A DNA stretch of 64,000 bases from Candidatus Hydrogenedens sp. (lineage in GTDB: Bacteria > Hydrogenedentota > Hydrogenedentia > Hydrogenedentales > Hydrogenedentaceae). A program made the position numbers and the translations under genes. The stretch lies in assembly GCA_035378955.1 (NCBI GenBank), contig DAOSUS010000008.1, positions 6,668-70,667 of the forward strand, in the 5' to 3' direction. This document shows positions 10,033 through 19,222 of this stretch, one piece after another; position 1 is the stretch's first letter; each line of letters opens with the position of its first letter. Below the pieces are notes generated by a model. It was not told where the DNA came from, searched no databases, and saw only the letters and a list, made by a program, of their open reading frames with translations.

Positions 10033-13000
10033 TTAATCTGAAAATCCCATTTGTTTAAGCCTTTGTTTTACATCCTCGTTTTGAGGATTGAGTTCTATAA
10101 CTTCTGAAAATATCTTCTTTTCATTATCCTTATCACTTAATTTTATATATGTTTCCCCTAATTCTATTAATACCTCTGTAATTATCTCTTTTGGAGCCTC
10201 TTTTTCTTTTAGTTCTTTAATAGCCTTTTGATAAAGTTGTATTGCCTGTTGATAATCACCTATCTCTTTTTTAAATCCAGCATAGATTGCCCAACCTTCA
10301 CCATCACTGGGATAAATTTCTAATGCGGTCTTGTAAGCCTTTTCGGCTTCTTCATATCTTTTCTGCTTTCTATATAAGTTCCCTAAATTTCTCCACGCAA
10401 GAGGAAATCTATATTCTAAATTTACCGCCTCTTTTAAATGTTTTTCTGCTAAATCATATCTGTTAACCTGAAACGCATAAAAGCCTAATGTATTATGAAG
10501 ATTATGGTCCTGAGGTTGTTTCTCTAATGCCTTTTCAAAATATGGAATAACTTTTTCTAATTCACCTTTTGCATAAAAAGCTTCAGCAATATTATAGAGA
10601 GCATTTATCAGGTCGGGTTTTATAGACAAGGATTTTTGATAAAGTTCTATTGCTTTGTCAACATCCCCCGACAAAAAAGCATGATACCCTAAATTGTTAT
10701 ATGCCAGTGGATTTTTGTCATCTATTTCCAACGCTTTGTTATACATATCTTCCGCTTCTTTTGATTTTCCCATTCGGTCGTATAAAACCCCCAGGTCATA
10801 AGGGATATAAGAATTATTGGGGCTATTTACCATCGCCTTTTGATACAACTCTATTGCCTGCTCAGTATTCCCTTTCTTTTCTGCCAACTGAGCCAGATTA
10901 TAGTATGCCAATTCATCATTAGGTCTTATTTTTAATGCTTCATAAAATTTATTTTCCGCCTCGTCCCATTTGTTTAACTTAACTAATAAACTCCCCCAAT
11001 TATTTAATACTAATGTAAAATCAGGAACAACTTCTAATGCTTTTTTAAAGTGTTCTATGGCGTCTTCTGGTTTATCTTCCTGTATTAAGATAGCCAATTC
11101 TCGATGTGCCCGTGCATCTTTGGGGTTCATTTCTATTGCTTTTTCAAAATAAGAAATCGCTTCTTCTTTTTTCCCCATTCTCGACAATACCTGCGCTATC
11201 ATATAATAAACATTTTGAGAATTCGGGTCAATATTTAACGCCAACTTCAACTTTTCTAACGATTTTTCATATTCTCCCCTATTGGCATAAATAGCACCCA
11301 TTTTGGCAATCACATAACAAAATTGGGGATAGGCTTCTAATGCTTTTTCATAGCAGGTAATCGCTTGTTCGTAGTCCTTCTTCAATTCCATAATCTCCCC
11401 TAATTCATTCCATGCCCGAGCATCTCGAATATTTAATTCTATCGCCCTTCGAAAATAATTCTCTGCTTCATCTATTCTTTCCTGTTTCTTTAAGACACAC
11501 CCTAAAAGATAAACACTATCTTGATACTCCGAATTTAGTTCAATGGCCTTTTTAAAGTTATTTTCAGCCTCTGTCAAATTATCTTTGGCAAAAAGAATTC
11601 TTCCTAATTGTTCATAAGCATAGGCAAAATCAGGTCTGACGGACACTGCTTGCCGATAATATTTCTCTGCTGTGTCCCATTCCCCTTCATCTGCATGAAT
11701 GTTCCCCAACTCACAAAGTGCTCTTGCATCCTTAGGATTTAACTCTACCGCTTTTAACAAAGTATCTCGTGCTTCTTCAATTCGACCCAAATTTTTCAAC
11801 TCTCGACCTATAAGAAAGTATACATCCTGATAGGAAGGGTCTGTTTCTAATGCCTTCTGGTAAAAAGCCAAGGCATCTTCTGACCGTCCTTGTGATGAAA
11901 GTATTCTGCCATATTTATCCAGGACATAAGTAAAATCAGGAACGATTTGTAAAGCCTTCTCATAATGAGAAAGGGCTTCCTTCCAATTTCCCTGATGTTC
12001 TAAAATTTCTCCTATTTCATTGTGAGAACGGGCATCATTCGGATTTAATTCAAGAGATTTTTTAAAATATTTTTCCGCATTTACTTCATCTTTCAAGGCA
12101 AGATAGGTTTTTCCAAGATAATAAAACATATCCTGATAACTCGGGTCTAATCGGATACCTTTTTCAAATTGTTCTTTTGCTTCTTTAAAGTAACCCGATT
12201 TAAATAAATCTTTACCTAAACGATGGTGCATATAGGGCAAACTTTTAGGCATGTAAAGAAGGGTTTGTGCTTCTTCCAGAGCCTTTTGAACTTCACCCCT
12301 CCTTAAATACGAATCTGCTCGTTGATAATGCCATCGTGCTAAATCAGGCTCAAAGGGAACCCATCGGACAGAAATTAAAATAAAACTTATAAGGAGAATT
12401 GACAACCAACGAGTTAAGGATAAAGCATTTTTATTTTTAATGCACAACCCTAAGAAATAAATAAAGTTAGCACCTATTAAAAAGAATAGGGGAAGAACAG
12501 GAACTCTTGCTCTCCCGTTCACAAAAAACATTAAGAAACTACCTAAATAGGTAATAATGAATAAATAAATTAATAACAGCAATTCAACGGAATAAGAACC
12601 ACTCGAACAAAAAAGAAGATTAGAAATACTTTCTTTGTTCAACCCAGATCTCATATTAAAAAGAAGGAGAAGGGTCCCTGCAATAAAAAGTCCTCCCGCC
12701 CATGGAAAAGTAGGGAGATATTTCAACGGAGGGTAATGCTTTATCTCATAATACACAACTTTATTACAAGTAATTTCGATAGGGCACCAGAGAAGAATTG
12801 CTTTTTTTAATACCTGTATAATCGTTTCCTTAGGATGTGTTTTAATATATTCTATTGCTTTTTGTGTAAATATTTTCGAAGCATCTGCATGTTTCAAATT
12901 TTTTATCCCCAATTCTCTACCTAATCCTTTCACCACATTCACATAATCACGGGCTGTCCAGTTCCCGGTTCCTTCTAATTTCTGCAAATATTGGTTCCAT

Positions 13001-13803
13001 GGCGTTGTCCCATCGGATTCCGGGTTATTACCTATAAAAAGATTTTCACCAAAATATGTAGAAATAAGGACCCATTCTCCTGAAGCAATATAGTTGCGGA
13101 GAGTAATCGGTATAATGGGAACAAAAGTAAAAATAAAAAGAACAATCCATGATGGAATAAACAAAAAATATTTTTTTTTCTTAAATGTAATCCATGCCAT
13201 CCATAAGGCTATAAAAGGTCCAAAAGATAATATATTGGGTCTCATACTTGCATAAGCACCAATGGATAACCCTAAAGGAATACACCAATACCATTTTTTA
13301 TGAATACTCCAACGATATAGTATATAAAAAATAAGAACAACCAAAAAGACGAATAAGGCAGGGTCATTTACTTCTCCTTCCCAGTAGATAAAAACACTAT
13401 ATGTAGCAACTAAAAAACTAAAAATGAGCCCCACAACTTCATTAAATATAGCCCTCCCTAAATAAAATGACAAAAGGACCGTTAATATACCTGCTATGGC
13501 ATTAACAATACGAGGAGTTAGATAACTATCGGAAATAAAACGATAAAGGAAACTTAAAAAATACCCATGACCCGGTGGACGAAAAAAAGGAGTCGTTCGC
13601 ATTTCTGGGTCGGTTACACCTTCAGGAACACTCCAATCCCCCGTTACTATAGCACGAGCAAAATAATCCTGTACTTCCGGGTCCTGTTGAAGGGCTGAAT
13701 AATCAGGAGCGTATTTATATACTTCATAAAGATACCAAACTCTTAAAATTGTTGCGATGAGAAGGATAAGGAATAAAACAAACCTGACTTTATTTTCCTT
13801 CAC
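10033..13803 (-). CDS. GT-C (PMT/ArnT-like) membrane glycosyltransferase fused to a long TPR array (~18 repeats)
   Basis: 1256 aa. The N-terminal ~480 aa membrane domain resembles PMT/ArnT. The remainder is a continuous run of 34-aa TPR repeats with the W-LG-Y-A-F-P pattern. Confidence 0.6.
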   Translation of the reverse strand: MKENKVRFVLFLILLIATILRVWYLYEVYKYAPDYSALQQDPEVQDYFARAIVTGDWSVPEGVTDPEMRTTPFFRPPGHGYFLSFLYRFISDSYLTPRIVNAIAGILTVLLSFYLGRAIFNEVVGLIFSFLVATYSVFIYWEGEVNDPALFVFLVVLIFYILYRWSIHKKWYWCIPLGLSIGAYASMRPNILSFGPFIALWMAWITFKKKKYFLFIPSWIVLFIFTFVPIIPITLRNYIASGEWVLISTYFGENLFIGNNPESDGTTPWNQYLQKLEGTGNWTARDYVNVVKGLGRELGIKNLKHADASKIFTQKAIEYIKTHPKETIIQVLKKAILLWCPIEITCNKVVYYEIKHYPPLKYLPTFPWAGGLFIAGTLLLLFNMRSGLNKESISNLLFCSSGSYSVELLLLIYLFIITYLGSFLMFFVNGRARVPVLPLFFLIGANFIYFLGLCIKNKNALSLTRWLSILLISFILISVRWVPFEPDLARWHYQRADSYLRRGEVQKALEEAQTLLYMPKSLPYMHHRLGKDLFKSGYFKEAKEQFEKGIRLDPSYQDMFYYLGKTYLALKDEVNAEKYFKKSLELNPNDARSHNEIGEILEHQGNWKEALSHYEKALQIVPDFTYVLDKYGRILSSQGRSEDALAFYQKALETDPSYQDVYFLIGRELKNLGRIEEARDTLLKAVELNPKDARALCELGNIHADEGEWDTAEKYYRQAVSVRPDFAYAYEQLGRILFAKDNLTEAENNFKKAIELNSEYQDSVYLLGCVLKKQERIDEAENYFRRAIELNIRDARAWNELGEIMELKKDYEQAITCYEKALEAYPQFCYVIAKMGAIYANRGEYEKSLEKLKLALNIDPNSQNVYYMIAQVLSRMGKKEEAISYFEKAIEMNPKDARAHRELAILIQEDKPEDAIEHFKKALEVVPDFTLVLNNWGSLLVKLNKWDEAENKFYEALKIRPNDELAYYNLAQLAEKKGNTEQAIELYQKAMVNSPNNSYIPYDLGVLYDRMGKSKEAEDMYNKALEIDDKNPLAYNNLGYHAFLSGDVDKAIELYQKSLSIKPDLINALYNIAEAFYAKGELEKVIPYFEKALEKQPQDHNLHNTLGFYAFQVNRYDLAEKHLKEAVNLEYRFPLAWRNLGNLYRKQKRYEEAEKAYKTALEIYPSDGEGWAIYAGFKKEIGDYQQAIQLYQKAIKELKEKEAPKEIITEVLIELGETYIKLSDKDNEKKIFSEVIELNPQNEDVKQRLKQMGFSD

Positions 13804-13870
13804 ACACTTTTCCTTATATATCTATCTGAGCAAGATAACTAAATTAAAAAATATAAAAAACCCAACAAAA

Positions 13871-14023
13871 TTACAAAGCGTATATAAATGGCGAGATTAC
13901 TCCAGCATTTCCCGCGAAGATAAATAAGGCAGCCAGTAATAACAGAGTAATAATAATAGGAGCCAGCCAATATCTCTTTCTAACCTTTAAGAAATCCCAG
14001 AACTCTTTTAATAATTCTTTCAT
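13871..14023 (-). CDS. small single-TM protein (50 aa), DUF5989-like
   Basis: ORF found by hand (below the 60-aa cut-off of the track). It translates to MKELLKEFWDFLKVRKRYWLAPIIITLLLLAALFIFAGNAGVISPFIYAL, which resembles a conserved small membrane protein family often encoded next to carbamoyltransferase or glycan genes. Confidence 0.4.
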   Translation of the reverse strand: MKELLKEFWDFLKVRKRYWLAPIIITLLLLAALFIFAGNAGVISPFIYAL

Positions 14024-14108
14024 GAATAATGTCTCCATAATCGTATTTTATAATTTATTATACAAAATTTGATTATTCTCATGGGAAAGGAATAAATAAA
14101 CAGAAAAA

Positions 14109-14723
14109 TTATTTATCGATACTCTTCACTTTCATTAAAAAAGGCATAATAAGTTCCTGTATTTTTATTCCTATTTCTTCAACCCTTCTTAAATATAGAT
14201 GATAGGCTACTAATGATGGAATTGCAATAATTAATCCAACTACCGTTGTTATAAGTGCTTTGGATATCCCTTGTGCCAACATCTGTGCATTTCCAATTCC
14301 ACCTACTGTGATTACATTGAATATATCTACCATACCTAAAACAGTCCCAAGTAAACCCAATAAGGGGCTAATCACAGATATTATCTGTAATACAGTTAGA
14401 CCTCGTTCTAAATATGTTATTTGAGTTCGACCTAATGTATTAATATGTTCAACAAGAACATCTTTGGGCTCACTACGAAGATTGATTATTTCATTTACAA
14501 GTATGCCGAGAGGTGAAACATTCCGCTGAGATACAGAACGGATAGTTTCTAAATCTTTTAACATATTAGGATAAGAAAGTAATTGAGTAAGGTTCTCAGG
14601 GATATTCTTTTTCATCCTTAATGCAAAAAAACGCTCTAATATTATGGCTAAGGCTATTACAGAGCATATCCCAAGTGGAAACATAACCCACCCACCTTGA
14701 TATATCATATTCATCCAATTCAT
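14109..14723 (-). CDS. MotA/TolQ/ExbB proton-channel family protein
   Basis: 3 TM helices and the conserved C-terminal GLLGTV.GM...A.GI..ALITT motif. Confidence 0.8.
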   Translation of the reverse strand: MNWMNMIYQGGWVMFPLGICSVIALAIILERFFALRMKKNIPENLTQLLSYPNMLKDLETIRSVSQRNVSPLGILVNEIINLRSEPKDVLVEHINTLGRTQITYLERGLTVLQIISVISPLLGLLGTVLGMVDIFNVITVGGIGNAQMLAQGISKALITTVVGLIIAIPSLVAYHLYLRRVEEIGIKIQELIMPFLMKVKSIDK

Positions 14724-14738
14724 ATAAAACTCCTTTTA

Positions 14739-15713
14739 TCAATACATAAAACTAAATGTCCACCGAATTTGCAAATTTTTATTGCTATATATATCTGATA
14801 CCTGAAACGGAAAAGGCGAAAAGGGTGCCGATTTTTGTAACGATTGTTTACAAATAGCTAAAAATAATGGGTCTTCAGGTTCTCCAATTACATCTATTCT
14901 AACAATTTTACCCTCTGGATTTATCTCACAATCAATTACAACTTCTGTAGGTTTTGTTCCAGAATAGCGTGTATATAAATAGTGACGCCAATATTTTTCT
15001 ACCCTTTGCTGGATTTCTTTCAAATAGGGCGCCAATTGGTCTTGAAGTGCTTCGTAACCCAGTATTCCTATTTTTTTTACTTGATTATAAATTTTCCCTT
15101 GTGGTTTCTGGAGTGCCTTTCCTGAATATTCAGGTTCTAAAACTTCTTCTGGATTTTGCTTTTCTATTAATGGGTTCTCGTCTATTTTATCCTCTTTTTT
15201 TAATAGTATTGCTTCCTCCTTTTCCTTATGAGGTGTTCCCTCAACAGGGAGTTCATTTTTCTTTTTCTCCGTTTCCTTAGCTTGTATTTTAGGCGGTTTC
15301 TTCGTCTGAGGAATAACATTAGCAACCTGGATTTTTTCCGTTTTAGAACCTAATGTTTCAATTTTTGAATTTTCAATTAACGGAGGTCCAGGAGTATCTC
15401 CTTCTTTTGTAACAGGACCAGAAGATATCGAATTAGCCTCTGCAATATTTTCAGTTTTTGAGGGAATTTCATCTGTTGGTTCTACAACTTCCACCAGTTT
15501 TTTAATTGATTCTTGTTGTTCTTGTTTTAAAAATTCTACCCTTATAATTTTTTCTTTTGAAATATAGGGGGTTAATTTTGAATAGGAAGAGGTTCCCATG
15601 AAAAGCCCAAGAATAAAGCAATGAAATATTAATGAAAACAATAGATAAACAAACATTGTTTTCGTATAATTCATTTGCTTTCCGTTTGGGCTTAAGGAAA
15701 AATGGTCATTCAT
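14739..15713 (-). CDS. TonB-like energy transducer (N-terminal TM anchor, Pro/Lys/Glu-rich spacer, TonB C-terminal domain)
   Basis: The layout is TM (aa ~20-40) then a PEK-rich linker. The C-terminus VVIDCEINPEGKIVRIDVIGE...PFSPFP matches the TonB C-terminal domain pattern. No exbD/tolR gene is adjacent. Confidence 0.5.
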   Translation of the reverse strand: MNDHFSLSPNGKQMNYTKTMFVYLLFSLIFHCFILGLFMGTSSYSKLTPYISKEKIIRVEFLKQEQQESIKKLVEVVEPTDEIPSKTENIAEANSISSGPVTKEGDTPGPPLIENSKIETLGSKTEKIQVANVIPQTKKPPKIQAKETEKKKNELPVEGTPHKEKEEAILLKKEDKIDENPLIEKQNPEEVLEPEYSGKALQKPQGKIYNQVKKIGILGYEALQDQLAPYLKEIQQRVEKYWRHYLYTRYSGTKPTEVVIDCEINPEGKIVRIDVIGEPEDPLFLAICKQSLQKSAPFSPFPFQVSDIYSNKNLQIRWTFSFMY

Positions 15714-15735
15714 TAGAAGTTAGTTATTTTCGGGT

Positions 15736-16782
15736 TTATTTGCCCAATTTAGTAAAAATAATTTTTTCATTTTCAACAAGATATGAATATGATATATCCA
15801 ACCACTGAAAAGTCAACAAATCAAGGGCTAATTTGAGTTTCATTTTATTTAAGTAACATGGGTTCACAGGTAAATTTTCTGTCCCGGGCATCATTTCAAT
15901 GGTCAGTCCTGTTTGATTTGCAAGAACTGGAGCCACTTTAGATAATGGTAATGCTCCTTCATAAAAAGGAAGAGAAACTTTTCTATCCAACGGAACGGAT
16001 TTGGGTAAGGAAATTATTACTTCTTTATCCAATAAGGATTGTTTTGTCTCTGGGTTGAAGATTTTACAATCAACAAGTTGGTCCATTCGCATATTTAATG
16101 TAGTATAGAAAAATATAAAATCGTCAGTAGCACACCACCGAATATTCTGGGGAACAATACGGGCACTCTTTAATATCATTTCCAATGCTATACTTAAAGG
16201 CTTCTGAGAAATAACCACCTCCCCTACGGGTAACTCTGCTATGCTATTATCGGCAACAATATTACAACCATAAGTAAAATTCAGACTATTGAGAACATTA
16301 AATAATTTCGTCCCTGCTCCGAACCCTGCTGTTACTGTTATATGTTCATATTTTGAGGGAAATTTACCCATTAAAGACAATCGTGTCAGGTTTTCGTATA
16401 TAGATTGTTCCGTCGGGTATAAAAAATAATAATCATTTACTTCCTGCAAAGACATATTTGTCTTTTCAGATATTTGCTGAATTAAATTAGCCATTTCCTT
16501 TTCAGGTTTATCAATTTGAACCCATCGTGTTTCAGCACCATTAACAATGGAAATAGATATAGGGTATTCTCCTCCTAATCTTCTGACAATAACATTTAAT
16601 AAAGCCGATTCCTTAATAAGGTCAAAAACATTTTCATTTTGTATCATCTCATCAAGGGAATTACTTCGTTCTTCTTTCGGAGTAGATTTGCAAGATAGGT
16701 TTACAAAAATAAGAAGAATACATATCCCAATGAAATATAATATTTTTTTCTGCATAGATTTTCTCATAAAGTAATACAACAC
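15736..16782 (-). CDS. hypothetical secreted protein / possible lipoprotein
   Basis: N-terminal signal (MQKKILYFIGICILLIFVNLSC). No recognisable catalytic motif. It is the first gene of the minus-strand cluster; an alternative start at 16755 is likely. Confidence 0.35.
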   Translation of the reverse strand: MLYYFMRKSMQKKILYFIGICILLIFVNLSCKSTPKEERSNSLDEMIQNENVFDLIKESALLNVIVRRLGGEYPISISIVNGAETRWVQIDKPEKEMANLIQQISEKTNMSLQEVNDYYFLYPTEQSIYENLTRLSLMGKFPSKYEHITVTAGFGAGTKLFNVLNSLNFTYGCNIVADNSIAELPVGEVVISQKPLSIALEMILKSARIVPQNIRWCATDDFIFFYTTLNMRMDQLVDCKIFNPETKQSLLDKEVIISLPKSVPLDRKVSLPFYEGALPLSKVAPVLANQTGLTIEMMPGTENLPVNPCYLNKMKLKLALDLLTFQWLDISYSYLVENEKIIFTKLGK

Positions 16783-16869
16783 TTTTTAATTATGTAATTA
16801 AAGGTCAAATATCATACAATCTTATATCATATAACGAAAAAAAGTAAAAATTCTTTTCTTATTAAGGCT

Positions 16870-17472
16870 ATGTTTCAATTATCTGTTTATATTATACTTT
16901 GGTGCTTGTCTAATGGAGCACAAACTTTTTACGGAGAAATCCCTGAAAATATCCCAACATTCTTAATAAAAATTCAACGAGAACAATCTGAGTTTTATGG
17001 GGGTATTATTATTCAGGGGCAATGGGTAGATAATGCTTCTCTTCCTGAATTAAAAAGTAAATCGGTGGAAATTGTTGTAGATACTCCATGGGAAACACCG
17101 CAAATTCATCGCCGAGAATTAGGACATCGGATTGAACTTTCATATGAAGCACCTGTACTGCGGAAAAAAAGACTGGAGGAAGGTTGGAAAAAAGCAGGTT
17201 ATGTGCTTTTAGATAATCCTCAGGGGAAAAAGGTGTTAAAAGAGGCTATTTATAAGCAAGCAATACGAGCAATCGAAATGGCTCAATCTATTTATCAGCA
17301 AAATCAGCCTCCTGAATTACTATATAGCCCGAGTGGAATAGAACTGGATTCAAACACCAACAGGAATACTTTTATAAAACAGTGGATTTTTCATATTTTG
17401 ATAATCATTTCAGGTGTTTTGTGTTTATCCTTTATTATCTGGAAGTTCCTATTAACTCCCCATTCATCATAA
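16870..17472 (+). CDS. hypothetical protein with N-terminal signal and C-terminal TM anchor
   Basis: 200 aa with hydrophobic N- and C-termini and no recognisable domain. Confidence 0.3.
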   Translation: MFQLSVYIILWCLSNGAQTFYGEIPENIPTFLIKIQREQSEFYGGIIIQGQWVDNASLPELKSKSVEIVVDTPWETPQIHRRELGHRIELSYEAPVLRKKRLEEGWKKAGYVLLDNPQGKKVLKEAIYKQAIRAIEMAQSIYQQNQPPELLYSPSGIELDSNTNRNTFIKQWIFHILIIISGVLCLSFIIWKFLLTPHSS

Positions 17473-17494
17473 GATAAAAAACTCCCATTTATTT

Positions 17495-19135
17495 CTAAAT
17501 CAGCCCTTTAACCTCATAAGCCACAATGAATTGTTCTTTATTTTTTACTTTAAAGGTACCAATAGGAGAACCTCTAACCCTTCCCTTTAACTCTGCCCAT
17601 GCTCCACTTCCCACAACAATTGCCCCTGGATTTGCCATATCACACAAACGCTTTGCAGAATTTACCCTATCCCCTACAACAGTATATTCCATTCGTTTCG
17701 GAGAACCAATAAATCCCGCGACTACCTCTCCCGTTTCGATACCAATACCCAATTGAAAAGCAGGTTTTCCTTCAGAAACTCTTAATACATTCAGTTCTTC
17801 GTTTCTTTTTAATATATCTAAAGAAGCACACACAGCAGAATATGTATCATCTCCTGTGGAAATAGGTGCACCAAATATAGCCATAATCTCATCGCCTATA
17901 TATTTGTCCAATGTTCCATTCCAGGCAAAAACGATTTCTGTCATTGCCGTAAAATGTTCATTTAGCAAAAAGAGTAATTCTTGTGGAGAAAGTCGCTCCG
18001 CCATCTGTGATGAACCCCGAATATCACAAAACATTGTGGCAACTTTTTTCTTTTCACCACCCAATTGAATAGCAGAACCTTTGCTTATGATTTGCTCAAC
18101 AACAATATCGGGCAGAAATCGTCGGAAATTATCCCTCTTTCTTTCTTCTTCAAGCATCTTCATATTTAATTGAGCATTTTCTATAGCAAGGGCAATTTGA
18201 TTAGCCATAGAACAGAATAAATCTAAATCTCCCTCATCAAAAAAAGCCTTCTTTTTAATCGTATCAATATAAATAGAACCTAATATCCTATCTTCGATTC
18301 TTAGGGGAACACACATAGCACTTGTTATTTTGCGGGCAATAACACTCTCCCTATTTCCAAACTCCACATCTGCATAACGGTCTATCATAAGTACGGGTTC
18401 ACCATCTATGGCAGACTTTCCTGCTATACCCATACTCGGTAAATTCGCTTCTAATCCAGAACCCATTGCCCGTGCAACTTTCGTTACTAAGGTATTTTTA
18501 TTTTCATCCTTCAAAAGGATAAAGCCTCGTTCCGCACCTAAAACTTCTATCACAAGGTCTAAAACTTGTTCAAGTTTTGAATCCAAGTGATGTGCAGAAC
18601 CCATAATTTGTGTTGCTTTATATAACGCATCTAACCGACGATAAGTACGAGTCAGTTTCTTTATATCAATAGAGGGGGTAACGACTTCTTTCGTCTTTTG
18701 TAGGGTCGGTTCCGCTTCTTCCTTGGATATTTTAAATAAAGTATTTTTGACCTCTTCTATTTCCTCACGAACATGTTCCATCTGGTCTATATACTTACTT
18801 TCATGTCTGTCCTTATCCTGAAAAGTTTTGGAATCTTTTTTAGGTATGTCATCTCTGAAAACAATTCTGCATTTACTGCCAAGCCATATTTCATCCAAAT
18901 GTTTGAGTTTATGTTCCACTATTCTTTGACGATTTACATAAGTGCCATTCAAACTTTTCAAATCAGCAATAATATACGCTCCATCTTTAATAAAAATCTT
19001 TGCGTGATGTCGCGATATTTCTTCCGTGAATAAAATCACATCACAGTCATTCGACCTGCCTAAAACTATCTCTTTGTCTTCAATAGGAACCGTCTGTGTA
19101 GAAATTCCCTGTTGTTCAATAATCAATAAAGGCAC
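17495..19135 (-). CDS. FHA domain - GAF domain - class III adenylate/guanylate cyclase
   Basis: N-terminal FHA (GRSNDCDVIL...SRHHAKI...NGTYVN). The central region is GAF-like. The C-terminus is a CHD cyclase domain (FCDIRGSS...DKYIGDEIMAIFGAP). Confidence 0.75.
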   Translation of the reverse strand: MPLLIIEQQGISTQTVPIEDKEIVLGRSNDCDVILFTEEISRHHAKIFIKDGAYIIADLKSLNGTYVNRQRIVEHKLKHLDEIWLGSKCRIVFRDDIPKKDSKTFQDKDRHESKYIDQMEHVREEIEEVKNTLFKISKEEAEPTLQKTKEVVTPSIDIKKLTRTYRRLDALYKATQIMGSAHHLDSKLEQVLDLVIEVLGAERGFILLKDENKNTLVTKVARAMGSGLEANLPSMGIAGKSAIDGEPVLMIDRYADVEFGNRESVIARKITSAMCVPLRIEDRILGSIYIDTIKKKAFFDEGDLDLFCSMANQIALAIENAQLNMKMLEEERKRDNFRRFLPDIVVEQIISKGSAIQLGGEKKKVATMFCDIRGSSQMAERLSPQELLFLLNEHFTAMTEIVFAWNGTLDKYIGDEIMAIFGAPISTGDDTYSAVCASLDILKRNEELNVLRVSEGKPAFQLGIGIETGEVVAGFIGSPKRMEYTVVGDRVNSAKRLCDMANPGAIVVGSGAWAELKGRVRGSPIGTFKVKNKEQFIVAYEVKGLI

Positions 19136-19222
19136 AATATACCAACTCCTTTTAATAACATATAGTTATAGAAATTGATATTTAAATTTAATTTAACAAA
19201 AAGTTTTTACTTTCTTTGTCAA

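Noticed and set aside
14739-15713. Alternative reading of the 324-aa protein as TolA rather than TonB
   Set aside because: The sequence lacks the long Ala/Lys/Glu-rich helical domain II typical of TolA and no Pal/TolB genes are nearby. The C-terminal pattern fits TonB_C better, so it is kept as TonB-like with moderate confidence.
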